Assembly (NCBI GenBank): GCA_965369865.1
Contig: CBDURU010000049.1
Coordinates: 1-24,128, forward strand
Reading direction: 5' to 3'
Length of the DNA: 24,128 nucleotides
Source: an uncultured bacterium
GTDB taxonomy: Bacteria; JAJVIF01; JAPKYR01
Both the position numbers and the translations under genes were made by a program. The notes beneath the pieces are model-generated. The model searched no databases, was not told the origin of the DNA, and saw nothing but the letters and a program-made list of their open reading frames with translations. This document shows, in pieces, positions 18,763 through 24,128 of the stretch; positions within the stretch are counted from its first letter, which is position 1, and each line of letters begins with the position of its first letter.

Positions 18763-19455
18763 GCTCTTGGGCAAATTGTAGAATTCATCAAGGAAACGCT
18801 TCGCTTCGAGTGGATTTTCGCAGTCCAGAATATAGTTTCTTTGCTGGGTTTTTACAACCAGTACATCGTCAGACCAACCGTAAAACTCTAATGTGTTAGT
18901 TAACATGCCGTTCGAGATACTAAATAAGAAACCGAAAATTTGTATTAAAAACCAATTCATAAATCCTGATGTTGTTTTTGTATAATTTGATGACCGTGGT
19001 GTCTTCCGCATTATTCCAATTTCAAGGATGCTGGGACTATCTAATCTCTTCACTCTTTTTGAGAAACGTGCTAATGAAATCTCCAAATACGAGTCAAAAG
19101 CCCTGACGCGAAGTTTAGGCGCATTCAAGAAAAAGTACGCGCCTATTATTGTAACCACAAGCAACTCAACGAAATACATCATTCTCATGCCATTAATCAC
19201 ATCAGCCATTCCATCAATCACCTCCACCTCTGCCATTCCATAATTCACCTCAGCCATTCCATAATTCACCTCAGCCATTCCATCAATCACCTCAGCCATT
19301 CCAGAAGATTGCTGAAGGTACATCATTATGACTATAGAAGCAAAGAACAATGTAACACCACAAACAATAACCAAGATAATCGGTAAAAGTATAGAGTAAT
19401 TATAACTCCATTCGTAATCAAACATCTTTTTGCGTTTATTCGTTTCAACTGACAT
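18742..19455 (-). CDS. hypothetical membrane protein with GMAEVxx heptad repeats
   Basis: 237 aa with 2-3 hydrophobic segments; GAGGGAG upstream of the ATG; internal 21-bp tandem repeat. Confidence 0.75.
   Translation of the reverse strand: MSVETNKRKKMFDYEWSYNYSILLPIILVIVCGVTLFFASIVIMMYLQQSSGMAEVIDGMAEVNYGMAEVNYGMAEVEVIDGMADVINGMRMMYFVELLVVTIIGAYFFLNAPKLRVRAFDSYLEISLARFSKRVKRLDSPSILEIGIMRKTPRSSNYTKTTSGFMNWFLIQIFGFLFSISNGMLTNTLEFYGWSDDVLVVKTQQRNYILDCENPLEAKRFLDEFYNLPKSGRPISI
19188..19302. repeat. in-frame 21-bp tandem repeat (about 5 copies)
   Basis: Units such as ATAATTCACCTCAGCCATTCC encode GMAEVID/GMAEVNY/GMAEVNY/GMAEVEVID/GMADVIN. Confidence 0.9.
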
Positions 19456-19514
19456 GGTTCTCCCTCACTTGATATCTCATTACCAGGATGCCATTCACAT
19501 GCGACGCGAGCTGA

Positions 19515-19583
19515 ATTGGTAGGCCCACATCTATCTGATGTGGTGGGGGGGTTGAAAATGGAACCCATATCACATAGACGGGT
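19515..19583. repeat. GTAG-family REP doublet (REPIN-like), copy 2, 3' end degraded
   Basis: ATTGGTAGGCCCACATCTATCTGATGTGG-G tract-TTGAAAATGGAACCCATATCACATAGA is nearly identical to 18688-18750 and in the same orientation. Confidence 0.85.
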
Positions 19584-19812
19584 GGCGGCCGCAGACTGAG
19601 CGAAGGCGTGTCTGTGGGTGAATCAAGTAGCCCATGCACCCTCTGCCCGGGTTCTATTAATAAATTTCTAGATGTCTTGTCAGGTTGAATCATTTTCCGG
19701 TCCCTGTTTCTCGATTGTACCATACGCCAATCGCTCCTGAACATGTCCTATTAGTATATAGAGGACAAACGTTTCGATACTTCGACAGGCTCAAGGAAAG
19801 AAACAGCAACAG

Positions 19813-19878
19813 GTAACCCGGGAACCCAGGCTCCACCTTTAATAAATTCAACATAATTACCGTGGGTTCCCGGGCTAC
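19813..19878. repeat. 16-bp inverted repeat, GTAG-family REP-like
   Basis: GTAACCCGGGAACCCA (19813-19828) and TGGGTTCCCGGGCTAC (19863-19878), one mismatch, AT-rich spacer. Confidence 0.75.
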
Positions 19879-20198
19879 TGGACTCCACCTGTCAACGGCA
19901 CCCAGGGGGACGCACTGCCGTGCAGTTCTACGGGTTGTTGACGGCAGCGGCACCCGTATCCCGATACGGCTGAATGAGTCAAAACCGAAAATCCCGCCTG
20001 TCTCCCTGAGACACCAAAAACGGCACGCGAGCACAGTCATACTGGGGATCACGCCTGTCTCAGGGATACGTTAAAATTACGAAAAAAAAGGGGAGATACG
20101 GATACACCCGATACGGGTAAAAACATCACGGGCTATCCAACCGCGGGATGTGGCTCTGATAGAAAGTCATTCGCAAATGCAGAGATGTATAGATTGGA

Positions 20199-20232
20199 GT
20201 TGGCAGACCGCTCACTGACGTTCGCGGTACTG
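20199..20232 (-). repeat. solitary REP of the family flanking the RAYT gene
   Basis: GTTGGCAGACCGCTCACTGACGTTCGCGGTACTG is the reverse complement of the units at 23301-23423. Confidence 0.9.
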
Positions 20233-20269
20233 AGATGCATCATCTCCTCCAATACTAATACATCCCCCC

Positions 20270-20298
20270 TTGACGATGGTTGAATCCGGGGGTACACT
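20270..20298 (+). promoter_or_regulatory. sigma70-type promoter for the valS leader
   Basis: TTGACG (20270-20275), 17-nt spacer, TACACT (20293-20298). Confidence 0.8.
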
Positions 20299-20308
20299 AC
20301 ATCCAGCA

Positions 20309-20377
20309 ATGAAACCATTATCACATATATCTTCTGTCATTGTAGTCGTCGTTACTGTTACGCGGGCCGGCCCGTAA
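20309..20377 (+). CDS. putative valine-rich attenuator leader peptide (22 aa)
   Basis: MKPLSHISSVIVVVVTVTRAGP*; six Val codons within codons 10-17, located between the promoter and a terminator upstream of valS. Confidence 0.8.
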   Translation: MKPLSHISSVIVVVVTVTRAGP

Positions 20378-20404
20378 GCAAACCACTTGCTCCGATAACG
20401 GGAC

Positions 20405-20442
20405 CGGCCTTCAGAGAAAAAGTGAAGGCCGTTTTTAATTTT
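20405..20442 (+). terminator. attenuator terminator in the valS leader
   Basis: CGGCCTTCA (20405-20413) pairs with TGAAGGCCG (20423-20431), followed by TTTTTAATTTT. Confidence 0.85.
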
Positions 20443-20503
20443 AGGCGCCTTCACAGCAATCGGGGCCTCGTAACGTATACCGACTGCAACGAGGTACGAA
20501 ACA

Positions 20504-23296
20504 ATGTCTCAGGACACGAAAAAGGAAATCAAAACAAAGAAAATAAAATCGCTCGATGGGCGCTCGTACGATCCGAAAGAAGTTGAATTGGACTGGTACG
20601 ATATCTGGGAGAAAATGGGCGCGTTCAAGCCCGAGTATAACGGTCCGGGACGGAAATCGACCGGGGTACCGTGGTGCTGCATCATCCCGCCGCCGAACAT
20701 CACCGACCAGCTCCACATGGGCCATGGACTCAATTTCACGCTCCAGGACCTTGTGGCGAGAATTCGACGGATGGAAGGCCGCGATGTGCTATGGCTTCCG
20801 GGGATCGACCATGCGGGAATTGCTACACAGGTGAAGGTCGAGGAAGCCCTTGCCAAAGAGGGCACAACCAAGGAAGAACTCGGATACGAAAAATTTCTCG
20901 AACGCGCCTGGAAATGGAAAGAGGAAAAAGGCGGACGGATCCTGGAGCAGATTCGCGAGCTTGGCAGTTCCTGCGACTGGGATCGCCTTTGCTTTACACT
21001 CGATCCGGGACCGTCGAAAGGAGTTAGCACAGCGTTTAAAATCCTGTATGACAAGGGTTACATTTATCGCGACACCCGCATGGTGAACTGGTCGCCAATG
21101 TTCCAATCCGCGATCAGCGACCTTGAGGTGGTTTACAAGGAAGAGGACGGCGCGCTTTATTACATCAATTACCCGATGAAGGACGGCGGCGGGCACATCC
21201 AGGTCGCGACCACCCGTCCCGAGACAATGCTCGCGGATACAGCCGTAGCTGTGCATCCGAATGATGAACGGTTCAGGGACATGGTCGGAAAAATTGTAAT
21301 CCAGCCGTTGTCTAATGTGGAAATGCCCGTCATCGCGGACGATTACGTAAAGATGGAATTCGGTACCGGCGCTCTCAAGATCACTCCGGCGCACGATCCG
21401 AACGACTACGAGGTGGGGCGGCGGCACAAACTTGAAATGCCCAGCATGTTGAACCTGGACGGGACGCTATCCGATCTCTACCCGCCCTATGCCGGCTTGT
21501 CGGTACTGGAAGCCCGTGAACGTGCGATTAAAGAACTGAAAGAAAACGGTTTCCTGACAAAAACCGAGCCGATCAAACATCAAGTTGGGCACTGCCAGCG
21601 GTCGGACTGCCAGGTGGAGCCGATGATATCGGAACAGTGGTTCTGCAGGATGACCGAACTTCTGGGTCCGGCCAACGACGCGGTGGGCGAAACGGACGCG
21701 AAGCCGGGTGAATTCGACTGCACATTTTTCGCGCAGCGGTGGTCGAAAGTGTATCACGACTGGCTGAATCCGGAGACGCTTCATCCATGGTGTATTTCAA
21801 GGCAGTTGTGGTGGGGACACCGGATCCCCGCGTATTACTGCGATGACCCCAGCCATATTACGGTGTCGGTGGGTAAACCGGACAGTTGCGATAAGTGCGG
21901 ATCGACAAATCTGAAACAGGATCCCGATGTGCTCGACACATGGTTCTCGTCGTGGCTCTGGCCGTTGACAACCCTCGGCTGGCCCGATGAGACGGACGAC
22001 TTAAAAAAATTCTACCCGACAGATTTCCTTCTTACCGCCTATGACATCATTTTCTTCTGGGTGGCGAGGATGATAATCGCCGGATATGAGTTCCGCGGCG
22101 CGACCCCGTTCGACGAGGTTGTATTCACAGGATTGATAAGAGACGAGCACGGCAGGAAGATGTCGAAATCACTCGATAACGCGATCGATCCACTGGACCT
22201 GATCGAAGAGTACGGCCGTGATTCATTGCGATTCACCCTGTCGCACCTGTCGTTTTCCGGAAGCCAGGATATCAACCTCGATCCGTCGCGACTCCAGGCG
22301 TCCAGGTATTTCATGAACAAAATCTGGAACGCGTCGAAGTTCGTAATCATGAATCTCGGGAAGGACTTCACCCCTACCCCGCTCGATGAGATTATCGGGA
22401 ATCCGGCGATGACGCTTCCCGACCGGTGGCTCGTGTCAAGGCTGATCGGTACGGTAAATGAAATTGAAAAGCATCTCGCGATCTATGATTTCGGCCAGTA
22501 CGCGAGCAGTTTGTACAGTTTCGTGTGGGATGATTTCTGCGACTGGTACGTGGAGATCTCCAAGTTCCATCTTTACGAGAACGAAGCGAGCGAGCGCAGG
22601 CAGCTTGTGAGGAGCATTCTTTATCACACGCTGGAGACAATTTTGAAGTTGATGCATCCGATTGCGCCGTATATCACAGAGGAACTTCATGGCGCGCTTC
22701 ACGGACAGGGTGAGACCGATCGATGCGCGAATGCCCGGTACGTGCCGCTGATCGTGGAACAATGGGTCGGGGAATATTTCTCAACGAGGGATTCTGAACC
22801 TGAGATCGAGGATGCGTTTTCAATTATTCGAGAATTTATCAGGACCGCGCGTAATTTACGGAAGCTGGTCGGTCTGGCCGACTCTAAGGAAATTGCGGAA
22901 GTGCAGTTCGCATCGAGTGAAGATTCGATTGTAAAATTGCTTCTTGAAAATGAGCAGGATATCGCCAGGCTTATGAAAGCGAAGAAAATCCGGGCTATTG
23001 GAACCTCAGATAAACCGGCAAATTCAGTTGGATCATCGATTCTGGACGATCTGATTTCCGTTCACCTGCCGATCGACGAGTCACTCGACCTTGGAAAGGA
23101 AATTGAGCGTCTCGAGAATGAGATCGGAAAAAAACAGAAGTACGCTGAGAGTATTTCAAAGAAACTGAACAATCCGGGATTTACAGAGAAGGCGCCATCG
23201 AAGGTGATCGAAAAGGAACGCGAGAAGCTGTCGGAAACCGAGAAGGTCATTGGTGAATTAGAAGAGAGAGTGAAATTGTTCAAGGGAGCTGGGTAA
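20504..23296 (+). CDS. valS: valine--tRNA ligase
   Basis: PPPNIT..LHMGH, DHAGIATQ, ATTRPETM, GTGALKITPAHD, WCISRQLWWGHRIP, DVLDTWFSS, KMSKS and a C-terminal coiled-coil arm. Confidence 0.98.
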   Translation: MSQDTKKEIKTKKIKSLDGRSYDPKEVELDWYDIWEKMGAFKPEYNGPGRKSTGVPWCCIIPPPNITDQLHMGHGLNFTLQDLVARIRRMEGRDVLWLPGIDHAGIATQVKVEEALAKEGTTKEELGYEKFLERAWKWKEEKGGRILEQIRELGSSCDWDRLCFTLDPGPSKGVSTAFKILYDKGYIYRDTRMVNWSPMFQSAISDLEVVYKEEDGALYYINYPMKDGGGHIQVATTRPETMLADTAVAVHPNDERFRDMVGKIVIQPLSNVEMPVIADDYVKMEFGTGALKITPAHDPNDYEVGRRHKLEMPSMLNLDGTLSDLYPPYAGLSVLEARERAIKELKENGFLTKTEPIKHQVGHCQRSDCQVEPMISEQWFCRMTELLGPANDAVGETDAKPGEFDCTFFAQRWSKVYHDWLNPETLHPWCISRQLWWGHRIPAYYCDDPSHITVSVGKPDSCDKCGSTNLKQDPDVLDTWFSSWLWPLTTLGWPDETDDLKKFYPTDFLLTAYDIIFFWVARMIIAGYEFRGATPFDEVVFTGLIRDEHGRKMSKSLDNAIDPLDLIEEYGRDSLRFTLSHLSFSGSQDINLDPSRLQASRYFMNKIWNASKFVIMNLGKDFTPTPLDEIIGNPAMTLPDRWLVSRLIGTVNEIEKHLAIYDFGQYASSLYSFVWDDFCDWYVEISKFHLYENEASERRQLVRSILYHTLETILKLMHPIAPYITEELHGALHGQGETDRCANARYVPLIVEQWVGEYFSTRDSEPEIEDAFSIIREFIRTARNLRKLVGLADSKEIAEVQFASSEDSIVKLLLENEQDIARLMKAKKIRAIGTSDKPANSVGSSILDDLISVHLPIDESLDLGKEIERLENEIGKKQKYAESISKKLNNPGFTEKAPSKVIEKEREKLSETEKVIGELEERVKLFKGAG

Positions 23297-23300
23297 GTAA

Positions 23301-23428
23301 CAGAACCGCGAACGCAAGTGAGCGGTCTGCCAACCCCACCAGTTTCAGTACCGCGACCGTCAGTGAGCGGCCTGCCAACGTGACCAACTCAGTACCGCGA
23401 ACGTAAGTGAGCGGCCTGCCAACGTGAC
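23301..23428 (+). repeat. three tandem REP units downstream of the RAYT gene
   Basis: CAG(A/T)ACCGCGA.CG..AGTGAGCGG(T/C)CTGCCAAC at 23301, 23346 and 23390; internal CCGC...GCGG hairpin. Confidence 0.92.
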
Positions 23429-23431
23429 TTC

Positions 23432-23992
23432 TTACTCCCGCACATATACTTCCATCGGTTTCCCTTGTTCATGGAGCACATAATCTATCACGCTTTCCAG
23501 CTCCTTCTCTTTCCACAAGTACTTTGTGCTGCCATGCCTTGCCCATCGTTTTCGGTCTTTCGTATCAAATCCTGCCTTATTTAATGCCCTGCTCGCGTAA
23601 ATTTTAAAATCCTTCATCACCCGTTCCGGCTTATCATCAGCCGATACAATAACATGCACGTGGGTCGATCTGACATGCATTACGATCAGCTCCCATTCCC
23701 TGTATGAACAAACCCCCTTGACAGCTTCCAGGACTAATTTTCGGTGTGGCTCGTCCAGGTGATATTGTGGTTGCTTCATCGATACATTTTCACGATGCTG
23801 CCAGTGGGGGTCAGGTCCTATAAAAGGTGACCCATACGTCGTCTTTGAATGGTGAGTCGATCCTGAAGCATCGCCATGTAACCAGGTACCGTAACATCTG
23901 AATACAATGTGGTAGGCAAGTGGTACTCGTGAATTAGATAGTGAGAGTTTTCCCATGTAAACTAAACGGATGGGGAAGGCAAAAGCTGACAT
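23432..23992 (-). mobile_element. REP-associated tyrosine transposase (RAYT / Y1 HUH family)
   Basis: AYHIVFRCYGTWLHGD N-terminus, HUH motif THVHV, MKDFK, WARHGS and catalytic-type YV...Q; flanked by inverted REP arrays. The start may be ATG 23956. Confidence 0.92.
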
Positions 23993-24021
23993 GATTAATA
24001 GGGAAATGGGGGAATTTTTTA

Positions 24022-24128
24022 AGGCCGCTCACTAACGTTCGCGGTACTGTGGTGGAGTATACTGTAACCTGGCAGGCCGCTCACTAACGTTCGCGGTACT
24101 GTGGTGGAGTATACTGTAACCTGGCAGG
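24022..24128 (-). repeat. 52-bp perfect tandem units containing the RAYT REP, truncated by the window end
   Basis: AGGCCGCTCACTAACGTTCGCGGTACTGTGGTGGAGTATACTGTAACCTGGC repeats at 24022 and 24074, inverted relative to 23301-23423. Confidence 0.93.

Noticed and set aside
19445..20454. ORF-track ORFs between the membrane-protein gene and valS
   Set aside because: They overlap REPs, palindromes and the antisense strand of the valS leader, and have no RBS or protein-like character.
20300..20503. T-box riboswitch upstream of valS
   Set aside because: There is no GGTGG.ACC T-box motif or specifier stem; the leader-peptide model fits better.
23301..24128. CRISPR array
   Set aside because: Linkers are only about 10 nt or are identical, there are no cas genes, and the units flank a RAYT in inverted orientation, as REPs do.

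Overview
Bacterial chromosomal window from a lineage I cannot place, mixing housekeeping genes with uncharacterised envelope proteins and many REP-type palindromes. Housekeeping genes: tmRNA, tRNA-Ala(CGC), a KtrB/TrkH-KtrA/TrkA potassium uptake pair, folB, an aroK-aroB fusion and valS. Envelope proteins: lipoproteins, a propeller-like protein, a HEAT-repeat protein and a seven-repeat Cys-rich lipoprotein. There are two damaged toxin-antitoxin-type loci: a fic gene with an in-frame stop at codon 6, and an MNT gene followed by a 28-codon HEPN-like stub. A REP-associated tyrosine transposase (RAYT) sits at the right end, flanked by its own REPs. Two non-coding observations stand out. (1) A candidate stand-alone structured RNA of about 270 nt on the minus strand (about 18620-18349) has its own near-consensus sigma70 promoter, an 18-bp closing helix, several internal hairpins and a possible loop-loop pseudoknot, and I cannot assign it to a known family. 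(2) valS is preceded by a complete-looking ribosome-mediated attenuator: promoter, a 22-aa Val-rich leader peptide, and overlapping antiterminator and terminator. All calls were made by eye; no searches or folding programs were run.
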